In this document: positions 1 to 11,200 of the stretch, one piece after another | Position numbering within the stretch: the stretch's first letter is position 1 | How the letters are laid out: each line of letters begins with the position of its first letter | IMG/VR virus record: IMGVR_UViG_3300037047_000246 | Length of the DNA stretch: 64,000 bases | From: a virus | Taxonomy: Duplodnaviria; Caudoviricetes | Strand: one strand, 5' to 3' | The notes under the pieces: generated by a model | What the model was told of the DNA's origin: nothing | What the model saw: only the letters and a program-made list of their open reading frames with translations | Databases searched by the model: none | Translations under genes and position numbers: made by a program

Positions 1-5
1 GGAAC

Positions 6-1961
6 GTGGAAAAAGGCTGGTATGAAGTCAAAATTGAGATGATAGCGGAGTCCGCCGGATCTTCCGGGAATGTTCCGGCCGGCACTTTGGACGTGGTGGT
101 TGCCGGGGCCCCAGGATTCAAAACAGTCAACGAAGTGGCGTCCGATTACGGTCGAGACACTCAAGGCAATCTTGAGCTCGCTGAAACAGCAATGCGAGCG
201 TTGACTTCGCTCGACACAGGCACGGAAGGCGGATACTACAAGGTGTCAGTCGCCACGCCCGGCGTGCTTGAGACGAAAGTGGTGCGGTCCGGGGACGCGT
301 ATATGATGAGAGACTGGGACCCGATCCGCAAGAAGCACACTGGCGGAAAGGTGGACATCTACGTCAAAGGCGTCATTGAGCGCACCATAACAGAAAGCTT
401 TGCCTTTCAGTTCACAGCTGCAAGGCGTATGCGGTTTGAAGTTGTGAACGCAGCCACTCTGACGCTCAGGGCGATGGACTCCAGGTTGACCCCGTCCAAC
501 CCGATACAAGAGATTTTGAACAATCCCTCTCAAGGGCTGGGCGTGCGCAACCATTCCACAACGCCAACTGCGTCGTACGATTTGACCGGGGCTGTGGTGG
601 TGGACTACAACACGATTCAACTCAACACGGCCATACCGCAGCCAGCAACGATGTTCGATGACTTCATAGAAGGGGACTACAGATACCGCAGCAACAATAG
701 GTTTGTGGCCACAGTGCAACCTATGCGCAGGGTGTCTGCAGTCGTCGGAGAGCTGTCGGGCACTCTCGACTCAAGCACTGGGTATGCGCTGTACCATACG
801 CAAGACCCGCTGCTGGAAGGCGGGAGCACGCTGGCAAAGGACTACGTGTCCATAAACCAGGTTGGGGGCATCCCTACCGGCCAAATCGTGCAAGTCAATG
901 GCGAACAGCACGTCATGATAGCTCAGTTCGAAGAGCCGCTTGGCTCTGTCGGCATAAACACGTTCACCATTGCTGTGTACAGCCAGAACCGTCTTACGCA
1001 GTACGAAGGGCCGAACTCGCCCAACCCGGATTACCTGGTGGTGGAAGGCACGCAAACCACGTCGGCAAGGATAGTGCGAACTGTCAATTCAAATATAGAC
1101 AGCGGCGCTACGGTATCCGTGGACTACCAACATGACGAAAACTTCGCTGTCACGTACGTGGTCAACGATGTGCTTCAGCGCGTCAATGCCGCTGTGAAAA
1201 ACACGAAGCACCTGGCGGCTGACGTAGCGATCAAGGAGTCCATTGAGAACCCGATGTCCATTGAAACCACAGTGTGTCTCATGCCCAATGCCAACAGGAC
1301 CACGGTCGACTCCGGCATCAGGACAGCGATAACGCATCTTGCCAATTTGCGAGGTCTTGGGAACCCGATACATCAGTCTGACGTGACCGGAGCAGTGGAA
1401 GCTGTGGCAGGGGTGGACTACCTAGTGCAGCCTTTGGCCAAATTCACGCTGCGGGACGGAGCTTACCGCATCAGGGAGCATGTGTACTCTGACTACGAGA
1501 TGCTGCCGTCGCTTAGCTACGGCGCAAATGCAGTTTACATAATGACGCAGCCTCTGCCGTTCAACACCACTGACGGAGGAGGCCCAGATATGCTTCACAC
1601 CGGCGTCTACAAAGACGAGCTGATGATGCAAAAATCGCCGTCACTGCACGACGTAGGTCGCGGAGTTGACAGGTGGTGGATCGTCGGCGCTGCCGGAGCT
1701 GTGATTTCAGGGTACACAGACGACGCAACGCTGTTGGCCGCAGTGTCTCCTGACAGGGTCGAGTCGGAGCGCATCCGTAGGACCGCCAACAAGGTGGTGG
1801 TGTCGCTGAGCGCCAGCACAGTGCCGTACGATACGCCCGATGCTCATGTGTTTGCCGCCACGTACGTGGTGTTCAAAGACAGAGGATCGAAGGACATCAC
1901 AGCAACAGCCATAGAGCACCTTGCTGCTGGCGACACCGTAGTCACGTACAAGTCAGCGTAG
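6..1961 (+). CDS. Baseplate wedge (J-like) protein, C-terminal part; 5'-partial
   Basis: Frame is open at the window edge. C-terminal region (TTVDSGIRTAITHLANLRGLGNPIHQSDVTGAVEAVAGVDY) resembles baseplate J-type C-terminal domains; precedes a tail-I-like gene. Confidence 0.65.
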   Translation: MEKGWYEVKIEMIAESAGSSGNVPAGTLDVVVAGAPGFKTVNEVASDYGRDTQGNLELAETAMRALTSLDTGTEGGYYKVSVATPGVLETKVVRSGDAYMMRDWDPIRKKHTGGKVDIYVKGVIERTITESFAFQFTAARRMRFEVVNAATLTLRAMDSRLTPSNPIQEILNNPSQGLGVRNHSTTPTASYDLTGAVVVDYNTIQLNTAIPQPATMFDDFIEGDYRYRSNNRFVATVQPMRRVSAVVGELSGTLDSSTGYALYHTQDPLLEGGSTLAKDYVSINQVGGIPTGQIVQVNGEQHVMIAQFEEPLGSVGINTFTIAVYSQNRLTQYEGPNSPNPDYLVVEGTQTTSARIVRTVNSNIDSGATVSVDYQHDENFAVTYVVNDVLQRVNAAVKNTKHLAADVAIKESIENPMSIETTVCLMPNANRTTVDSGIRTAITHLANLRGLGNPIHQSDVTGAVEAVAGVDYLVQPLAKFTLRDGAYRIREHVYSDYEMLPSLSYGANAVYIMTQPLPFNTTDGGGPDMLHTGVYKDELMMQKSPSLHDVGRGVDRWWIVGAAGAVISGYTDDATLLAAVSPDRVESERIRRTANKVVVSLSASTVPYDTPDAHVFAATYVVFKDRGSKDITATAIEHLAAGDTVVTYKSA

Positions 1962-1970
1962 GGGCAGCAC

Positions 1971-2789
1971 ATGGCTATTGTGAAAGTAAATCAGAACGCC
2001 TACGAGAGCGGCGAAGAGTACATAGGCAGACTCAACCAGGAAGCTGAAGTCAATTTCAAGGCCCTGCTGACGATGTTGTCTTCGTACTGGCAGTCTACCG
2101 TAGACGGTCCAAACTACGCCAGGGAGATCAAAGCTGTCGCCATCGCCATGTCCCGCATCCGCATTGCGCTCGACGATGTGAAATCAGACGGCGACTACAG
2201 ATCCACCAGGGCCGAGTTCCTGTATCAGGTTCTGGGTTCCATGCTGTTTCCAGGGGAAATGGCCAACCCAAGCCACAACGACGCAGATTTTGCTGCATTT
2301 TTGCGCAACTTGGTCAAAACATATTTTGCCGGCAGCGTACCGGCCAGCATCAAAGCCGCAGTGGAACTAGTGGTGGACGGCATGCAGGTGCGCGTCACCG
2401 AAAACTACGTGGAAGCTCGCAAACCGGGGTCTGGGCTCGACATCTCTGACGAGCACACGTTCTGCGTGGACGTCATGCTGTCGTCCCCGGGTTCCATAGA
2501 CGCGTTTTTGGCTGAGAAAAACACCAGGATACTGCTGGACATTCTGCGTCCTGCGCACACTCTGTACAAGCTCAAATTCGTGCTGCGTGATGAATATCTA
2601 GGCAATCGCACGAAGGAGGGGGACCTGGTGATTGAGCCGTCAAAGGTGTCCGATTCATCCAGGTTTGACTTGTCCAGCTATGGATACGAAGACTTTCGCA
2701 AGTTTGTCGAAGGCATAGAGGGGCTGGACCCGCTAGGTGCCAAAAAGTCTGTGTTTGTCGAGAATGAGGATCACTCGCTGGACTTCTGA
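1971..2789 (+). CDS. Baseplate wedge subunit (tail protein I/YmfQ-like)
   Basis: Follows the J-like gene; pattern FAAFLRNLVKTYFAGSVPASIKAAV...LLDILRPAHTLY is typical of this subunit. Confidence 0.55.
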   Translation: MAIVKVNQNAYESGEEYIGRLNQEAEVNFKALLTMLSSYWQSTVDGPNYAREIKAVAIAMSRIRIALDDVKSDGDYRSTRAEFLYQVLGSMLFPGEMANPSHNDADFAAFLRNLVKTYFAGSVPASIKAAVELVVDGMQVRVTENYVEARKPGSGLDISDEHTFCVDVMLSSPGSIDAFLAEKNTRILLDILRPAHTLYKLKFVLRDEYLGNRTKEGDLVIEPSKVSDSSRFDLSSYGYEDFRKFVEGIEGLDPLGAKKSVFVENEDHSLDF

Positions 2790-2833
2790 CGATCTCCGAA
2801 TCTGGGCGCAACGGTTCTTTAATCAGCTGACGG

Positions 2834-5194
2834 ATGGCGATGACAGTGGTAAGCATATACGTGCACGACATCGGCTCTCGAGAGATTAGAGTCAAGTTCA
2901 GTGCTCCTGTCGAAGCAGCGGACGATGCATCGGCATACGTCATTAGAGCGGTTGGCGGAGCGCACGTGCCCGGCATTTTGTCGGCCAGATATTACGACGC
3001 CGACAAAATGTCTGTGGTGCTGGCGCTGGACTCTGCTCTGACGAGATTCGAGCAGTACATCTGTGCAGCCATGCACTTGTGGTCCACAAACGGACATCCG
3101 GTGACTGAAAACCCGTTCGGGTTCGTTGCCACTGACCTGGACGCCCCGATTGCTCTTGGTGCCTTCCTGTCCACAAGGGGGTGCGTAGACGTGGTGTTCG
3201 ACAGACCTGTGGCCGCAACGTCAGTCGCTGCCTCTGCAGACCTCATGTCAAGCGGCATAGTCTCCATGGACTTGGTGCCGTGGTCCGCGGGGCAGTCTGA
3301 AAACAACGTGCGTTTTCGTTTCGATTCCGCTGCAGCAGGATCCGAATTTGTAGTCAGGTATTCTGGCGTTTTCGACGAGTCTGGCAACTCGTCATCCGGG
3401 TACATTCCTCTGACTCTGGCGCATGCGGTCACAGGGTATGCGGATCTTGTGCAAGCGAAGATCACAGCAGCCAATTTTGTAGACGTCAGCAATGCCAAGC
3501 AGTTCGCTACGTCTGTGGTCCGCGTACATTTCAGCTGTCCGATGTCGCATGCTGACATCACCAATAAGTTAAAATGGCTGGTGGTGCAGCATGGCGCTCA
3601 CGCGGCTCCGGACATTTCCAACCAGGTCACGGCTGCTGCGGCTGTAGGCGAAGCTTCGCTGATAGCTTTGGTGAATCAGGCCAAAGTGAAGCTGAACGCA
3701 CACTTCGGTTCCAGTGCTCACACAATGCCGGACCAATCGAACCTGGTAGAGCTGCCGCCAGCCACAGACTTCGAATCTGCCCGCTGTCTCTTGCAAGCAG
3801 AGCAGACCGCCTACCTGCTCCATCTGAAGAATGAAGAGTCCCATCTGTATGCGGACGAAATGAACATGTGCAGCGGTCTGGCGCCTGTAGACTTGGCGGA
3901 CGCGCTGTCCAAGGCCAACGACTTCAAGTCCAAGTACAACGGCCATACGGCAGCGATTTACCAGGTGCCCTTCTCCAGCGCCTACTTGCCAGTGGGGCCG
4001 ATAGCCAACTTTTCGTCAGTGGCCATCGCGCCTCCGGTCGTGGACCAGTTTACGTGGTACGCCGACTTGCATCTAGCCACAAGCGCGACGCGCGCTGTGA
4101 TCAGCGTCTACTCTGTAGGTATACGAAGCGAGGACATGGCAAGCTCGTCTTCGCAAGCGATTGAAGCTTCGCCGTATTCTAGCAGCTTGCAGATAATGTG
4201 CGCGACCCCGATAGTCAGAGGAGTCAGGCTCCGCGCCGCATCTGGCGTAGCGATGCGAGATGCAGACTCTGTCAGTGTCAAGCAGGGCGCGAGGTCTGTC
4301 GCGGCAAAAGCGCACGCCGCCGGGTCTCTCTCCACGCTGCTGTGGGCGTACAACAACACTCTGCATGCATACAGAATGCACATCAGCGACCCCGCGTCTG
4401 CGCCGTTTGTCGGCGCGCAGCACAAGGAGCTAGACACTGTCAACACAGTATCCAGTTCTGAGTATGCCACGCAAATCAGTCTGAGCTCTCTGATTTTTCG
4501 CACGAATGCTTTGAAGATGAAGCTCAGTTCACATTTCTCCTCAGATGTGTTCCACTACGGTCGGGACGCCGAGGTGGAATTCGACGACGCTGCTGACCAG
4601 GACGCCCTGGCGGACCTGATTGATCACCTGCAAATGCGGCTGCAGCAGCACAACTCGGCCGGGTTTGCTGCAAACGGAGACGCGGCGCAGTCAGTGCCGC
4701 TATACCACGAGTTCCCTGGCATAAGCGTGTCCAGTGCTCCGGTGAGAGACCTGTTGGTTGTGCAAACTGAAGGACTCGTACACGGAGCACTGGCCGACGT
4801 TGAAATGCGTGCAGTCAAGACGTGGCATGACAACAGACCTAACCACGCGTCGAGAACATCCTCCGGACATGTGTCGGAAAGATTTGTCGGCATAGACTCT
4901 GTGCCTGTTTTGACTTCTGCCGTCGCAAGGAGCGGACTCGACGGACCGTCGCCAAGCCATTTGTTGCCGGACTCCGTGGAGCTGTACATGTCCAAGCCAA
5001 TGCGACAAACGTCTGTAGTCCCCGGAGCCAACGTGCTTATCGACGGCATGACCCTTCTGGACGCCAGTTGGCTTTCCGACCGCGTCGCGTCCGTTCGCGT
5101 TGCCGGCATGTCAAACGTTGCTTACACGGTCCAAGTAACTGGCGTGCACGACCGTGCAGGCAATCCCCTGCACGAAGACGTCGGACCACTATGA
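2834..5194 (+). CDS. Virion structural protein with Ig-like termini and 6 His-pair helical repeats
   Basis: 786 aa ORF in the structural operon; beta-rich termini (EIRVKFSAPV; VELYMSKPM) and the repeat LxxxxNxxKxxYNxH..H. Confidence 0.55.
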   Translation: MAMTVVSIYVHDIGSREIRVKFSAPVEAADDASAYVIRAVGGAHVPGILSARYYDADKMSVVLALDSALTRFEQYICAAMHLWSTNGHPVTENPFGFVATDLDAPIALGAFLSTRGCVDVVFDRPVAATSVAASADLMSSGIVSMDLVPWSAGQSENNVRFRFDSAAAGSEFVVRYSGVFDESGNSSSGYIPLTLAHAVTGYADLVQAKITAANFVDVSNAKQFATSVVRVHFSCPMSHADITNKLKWLVVQHGAHAAPDISNQVTAAAAVGEASLIALVNQAKVKLNAHFGSSAHTMPDQSNLVELPPATDFESARCLLQAEQTAYLLHLKNEESHLYADEMNMCSGLAPVDLADALSKANDFKSKYNGHTAAIYQVPFSSAYLPVGPIANFSSVAIAPPVVDQFTWYADLHLATSATRAVISVYSVGIRSEDMASSSSQAIEASPYSSSLQIMCATPIVRGVRLRAASGVAMRDADSVSVKQGARSVAAKAHAAGSLSTLLWAYNNTLHAYRMHISDPASAPFVGAQHKELDTVNTVSSSEYATQISLSSLIFRTNALKMKLSSHFSSDVFHYGRDAEVEFDDAADQDALADLIDHLQMRLQQHNSAGFAANGDAAQSVPLYHEFPGISVSSAPVRDLLVVQTEGLVHGALADVEMRAVKTWHDNRPNHASRTSSGHVSERFVGIDSVPVLTSAVARSGLDGPSPSHLLPDSVELYMSKPMRQTSVVPGANVLIDGMTLLDASWLSDRVASVRVAGMSNVAYTVQVTGVHDRAGNPLHEDVGPL

Positions 5195-5206
5195 GGAGCA
5201 TCTGAA

Positions 5207-8200
5207 GTGGCGTCTATATCTTTGTCCGGGATCAACTCGGTCGCAGACAGGATCCTTTTCACGCGTCGGGCACCGATCGTGAAAGCACCGCTCCCTCTCC
5301 TCACCGGCACAGACCTGGTGATTGTGTCGCCAACTACCGTGCGCATTGCCACCGCAAGCTTCACATCAGGAGACATCGGCAAACTAGTTCGAGTTGTCGG
5401 CAGTCACGGCGGTCGCAACGATGGCACGTTCGCAATAGGTGAGGTGCCGAACTCGGTTACGGCTGTGCTGCGAGATGCCAATTTCGACACCGCTGATTAC
5501 CAGTCCACGCTCTCCATGGTCGTGGCGCTAGCCAACTCGCTCAAAACTGCCTACAATCACCACCTGTCCAATGTCGACGCTCGAGTGGAGTTTCCGTCGC
5601 TGACCCACGCGAACAACGACGCAATGAACGCGGCGTCTGCTGTTGCAGCAGACGACTTGCCGACAGCTGTAGCGCTGTTGAACGACGTCAAAGCATGCTT
5701 CGCAGCACACGCCGCAAATTCAGGCGGTGACTTCCACCTGCGCCCAGACGTGTGGAACGATGTCACGTGCGCGCAGGCAAACGATTTGAGCAGTGCTCTA
5801 GTTCTGGCGAACCAGCTTCGACAGAAGTACGAGGCGCACCGTCTGGAGCGAAGATCGCATCACCTCGGGGATATCGCCAACAAAGTGTCCAGCGATGTTG
5901 CCGTCGTAGTACGGCAAACAGCTCCAGGGACGCTCGTCGGTCCGTTCGTTTGGACGATTCTGGATCCGATGCTTGGAATGGTGGCGGATTCTCCTCAAGA
6001 CGTTGTTGTCAGAATCAACGGCTCTGTTGTTGACGCTGAAGCCGTATTCGGCATGTTTGGCGCTGTCGTTCTCCCATCAAAGCCGTCTTCAGGAGACACG
6101 GTCAATATAGACTACAGGTACCTCAACAATCCGCCGGCAAGATTTCAGCGGCTCAACTCGCCAGAGTTCGTGCTCAATCAGGACAAAAACAATGGCATCA
6201 TGGGTTTGCCGTCTCATCGGTACAGAGCCAGGTCGTACCTTGTCGATCCTGGCCACACTCCTGATCTGATATCTGCTGTGTCTCCGCTGCGAGTCGGGTG
6301 GAAGTATAAAGCGTTTGAGCGCCGATATTCGGCGTCGAGCAACGATCCATCCAAGCTATTGTTGAACTCCCCGATAAACAAGCTCAAGTATCCGGTGTTC
6401 AACACAGTGATCCGCGAAACCACGCTTTCGTGGGACGCGAACGTGTTGCCGCAAAATGCAACCGACCCATGGACGCTTCAAGGCCTGGGTCTCGTGCAGC
6501 TGTCGAACAACCTGCTGACTCTGGTGGACGACGATCTGCAAAGCACAGCATCCAGTAAGCCGCCATTTTTCACGCACGCTTCAGACATTGTCGTAGACAG
6601 CGTGGTGTCGGCAGCGTTCAGAGCAAGCGTCAGCGAATACCTGCCGGACGGCGTGTTTACCGGAGTCGGATTTGGACTGTCTGACGGATACAGTGTGGCT
6701 CTCGTAGGATTCGTAAAGACAGATGCCACGAATTTGTCTTCTGCCATCGTGATGGCAAACAGCTTGAAGTCAAATTTCAACGCACATCTGGTGCATCCGA
6801 CTGTGCACAATCCGAACGACCCAGCTGACTCGACGTACTTGGTGGACGCCAAAGACTTGCAGTCGCTAGTCATATTGCTGAATGCGCTGAAGCTAAAGCA
6901 CAATCTTCACTTGGCGAAAGCTGACCCAAGTTTGTCCACTGCCGGTGTTCACAAAGCAGTGGACAGCGCCCATATGGTGGCCGCTGCTGACGCCGACGAT
7001 TTGGCGTCAGCAGTTTCGCTTGCCAACGCCATGCGAACGGCTTTCAACGCCCACTTGACGTCTCCCGGGGTCCATTTTGTGAACGATGCGTTCCACGCGG
7101 TGGAGCAAGTTAGGCAGGTGGGCGTGTTGACCAACTCCGGTCCGCACGAGTTTCAAGAAAGCTGGGAAGCCGGGGCCGCCGACTGGACTTCTCTCAAAAC
7201 GTACAGGCTCAGCCGTGACGCCGCGGGCAACGTTCAGCTGCACATGAGTGGAGACGTGCTGCCGCTGGTGACTGTTACCAAGAACCGGCTGCCTGCCATA
7301 TCGGATTTCGAAGGAAAATTCGACCCAGTTCAGCAGGTGTTCTTCGGATCCATAAGCAGGGAGGCCACGTCGCGCAGCCATTGGAGTTTGGTTCGGGCCA
7401 ACATAACCCCGCTCGATTCGAACCTGTTGGAGGACAACAAGACCGTCTGGCTAGACGGATCTGTCACTCCTGAACTTGACACATTAAACCCGTGGATTAC
7501 TCTAGGCCACGGCGGGGTGGAGCGAGCAGTTGCAGGTTCGTGGATCCAAGTCGAGTCCACAAGCTCCGCCAATGTCGCGGAGCTTGTCACCATGGGAGCG
7601 AGCTCCGGGGCGTTCCGCGGCTACATGAGATTCGAGCCCATGCTGTCTCCGAACACCTCGTCCGTGGTGGAGTTCACAGCTTCGATAGAGTACCACACAT
7701 TCAGCGTTGGCAACAGATCGCACGGGCTGTATATGGACGACGGCCAGCAGTCCGTCCACTTCGCGTTCTTGTACCACAATCCGACGCCGGCCTCGGTTAC
7801 AGGATCTGTGGCAGAGCCTTTCGTGATTTTGCCCACAGACAAGCTTGTCATAGGTTTTGACGGTGCTCCACAGAGAGTCGTCTCCTTTGAGCCGCCAGTG
7901 ACTGTGCCGCCCACTCCGCCTCCTACGACAGCCGCTCAAGTATGCGGGGTCATCAACGCCGCGGTAGGTTTCAGCCTCGCCTCGCCTACGTCCTTGGGGC
8001 ATGTTCGGCTGACCTACGGGTCTGGCGTTTCGTCGTACATGACAATAACTGGAGGATCTTCGGCATTCAACGCGGCGGCAAGGCTGGGCATTCAAGCCGG
8101 CAAATACTTCGGCACAGACTCCAACCCGGAGCCAAGGATCTCCTGGTTTGGCGAAAACCCGCCAGACGCCGAGCTCGTGCCGTGGATGAAATCCGGCGGA

Positions 8201-11200
8201 TCTCCGGTGTCTATGTTGGGATCAGCGCAGGCGCCAGTGATGCGCATCTCAGACTCCTCAACTTCTGACTACGCAGCTTTCACAATGTCCAACAAGCTGG
8301 TGTCCGTGGGGACGCTCAGCCCGTCCTCTGAGTGGAAAGTGGACGTGCGTTTCAGCATAGACAGCTTCACCCCAGGAGACTCTGTTTTGGCGTCAGCGCC
8401 GTTTGCAGATCTTCGCTTTTGCGGTGCTCTATTGAACGTGGACGAAGGATACGGCGGCAAGAACGTGGAGCTGCATTGCGCGGTGGATGCCAATGACAAC
8501 CCGTACCTGAACCTCGTCACTTACATGGTCGGCACGGACTCTTTGGAGCCTGTGGCGCAGTATGCTTTCGCGTGGAACGATGGGGAGCAGCATAGCTACA
8601 ACATTTTCAAAAACAAGGTCGCTGACCAACTGTTCGTGTACGCTGACGGCACACTGTTGGTGCCAGCTGTAGGCTCGCCGACGTACGCCGCTCTCGGAGA
8701 TGCAACAGGCAGCATACCTTCCATGTCTTTCGGATCTGGCGCGGAGTCTGTCACCAACTCAGACATGCGCACCGCTGTGTCTGTTGTTGATTGGTCCTCT
8801 GTGTGCGCATTCAAAGACAGCAAGCTCAACGACCCCGAGGCGCCGTCTCGCCGCTACGTCGGAATTTACAAAGGTGGAAACCCGTCGGCCATGAGCTCGT
8901 GGGCTCTGACCGGCGTAGACTGGTCGTCCCCTCACACGTACCGGATTGTCAGGGACCCGATAGGTCCAGTGGCGCTGTATATCGACGGTGAAGATACGCC
9001 GTCGATTTCAATGAGCTACAGCCCTACGTCTCTGCCGCCAAGCTTGGCCAGTTTCATGCGCGGCATAACCAACAACAGGCCAGTCATAGCATGGGGCGCT
9101 CTTGACTCATTGGAAATCAGTCGTGGCAGATGGACGAATTTGCGTTACTCTCTCGGCCGACACTCTTTGACCGATAGGCTTGTGCCTCCAAGGCATGTGC
9201 TGAACCAAGCCAACCTGATGGCTTCTCCTGAACATCTTCGCACCCCAGAACAGCACAACCACTGGGGTTATTCTGTGTACTCAGGCGGCACGCCAGACGA
9301 CAGCTTCATGGCGGCTTCGGCCGTGCAGGCGTTCACTGTGCTGGGTGAAGGAGTGCCGCCAGTTCCGAAGACCCAGGATCTGGAGTCTAGAGGCGGTCTA
9401 GTTAAAGTTGCGACGCCGGCGTCGTCCGTGTCTGCGGCTGACTTCATGAACTACCGAGGGTACCTCGGGAACTACGAAGACGATTCTGCAAACGCAGTCG
9501 GCGCAGCGCCGGCCCGATCTTTTGCGGAGACGCTTGCGCAAGTGGTTTCAGCGGCAAACGCGCTGTGTGCAGCGTACGAGGGACACAGAGTGCGCCACGA
9601 CGTGTCGGCCAACGTGCACGTGGCAGACGACGCGGTGAATGTCATCGCTTCCCCGCTTGCGCTGGATCTGGCAACTGCGGTGGCCAGGTTGTCAGAGTTC
9701 AAGACAGTTTTCAACAGCCACATTTCTGACGCAACATGTCACGACACCATAGATGCGGACAACCTGCTCACTGAGGCTTTGCCGTTCGATCTGGATTCGT
9801 GCGTGGCTTTGGCGAACGAGGCGTTGGTCAAGTACAGCGCCCATTTGGCTTCTGGATGCTTCCACTTCGTGCCGGATGTTTTTCCTCACTTCGACACCAG
9901 TCAGGAAACCACGGCCGATGCCACCGACGCGACTTCATGCAGAACTTTGCTGACTGGTTTGCGAGACAAATTCGTGGCTCACGCGGCGTCGAGCTTTTGG
10001 CACGCCAAAAAAGCTCAGTACTCCGTGACTTTGAATCACTCGTCGATAATCCCGCTCGCCAACCAGCTGATGGCGCTGCTCAGTCAACATAGGGTGGCGC
10101 CAGGAGTTCATCAGTTCGACGATAAGGCCCATTTGGCGGCGTTCGCCAGGGCCGTTGACTTGGGCAGCTGCATAGCTTTGGCGAACGCCGCCAAGGCAGC
10201 GTACAACGACCACGTATGGAACGCTGCGGCTGTGGGCAGGGAGCCTGGCCACAGAGTCCATCTGATCTTGGCAAGGGTGGGCGGCGCTCTTGCGGACGCA
10301 GTGTCGACGAACCCAATAGAGCACCAACTTGCAGCAGCGCTTCATTTGGCGCAAGACATCAAAGCAAAATTCAATTGCCACGTGTCCCGCGACGTGTCCC
10401 ACGTGGAGACAGACAGCGCCAACTTGGTGCAATTGTCAGCTGACGGGCTGGCGTCCCTCGTGTCTCTGGCTAACGCGCTGAAAGCATCTTTCAACCGACA
10501 CAGGACAACAGAAGTCAGAACTTGCAAAGTGCATATTCAAGACGACGTAGCGAACGTCGTCACTGCCTCCGACGCGACTGACCTGGACTCCGCATGCGCG
10601 CTGCTGAACCAGCTAGCAAGCAGCTACGATGCCCACAGGACGTACTCAGGAGTGCACGGATCCGCTGCTTTCATCAGGTTGGAGCCTCCTCCGCGCGTGT
10701 TGTATGAAAGCATGCGGTTCTGGCAATCCAGCACCGGCACTGCGGGGCTTGTGCATCCATTTTCGGACGACGAAACCTGGCATGTGGATGCTGTGAATAG
10801 TCAGTCCAACAAATCCGTCACGTACGACGGCACAAACCTGCCTGAGCAAGCGATTGTCGTGTCTGTTGGCTCAAGGCCGAGCGCTTTGATAGATGGCGAC
10901 ACGCTCGTGCTAGAAGTGGACAAGCAGCCGCCAGTTACTGTCGTGTTCGAAAGGCCAGACGCTTCCCTCAACGGCGTCGTAGATAAGATAAACACTGTTG
11001 TGCCGAGGCTGGCTTCGGTGCAAAATGCGGAAATCAGATTGTCTAGCCCTGCGCCTGGCTCGTCTTCGTCCGTGTTTGTGAACGGCGGCTCGGCAAGAAG
11101 AAAGCTGGGCTTTGAGGTGCCGCAGTCTTCGCCTTGGTTCGTCGCGTCCGAAAACCCGTCCGATGTCACAATAGAAATGATCCCGGCAGAAGGGTGCCTC

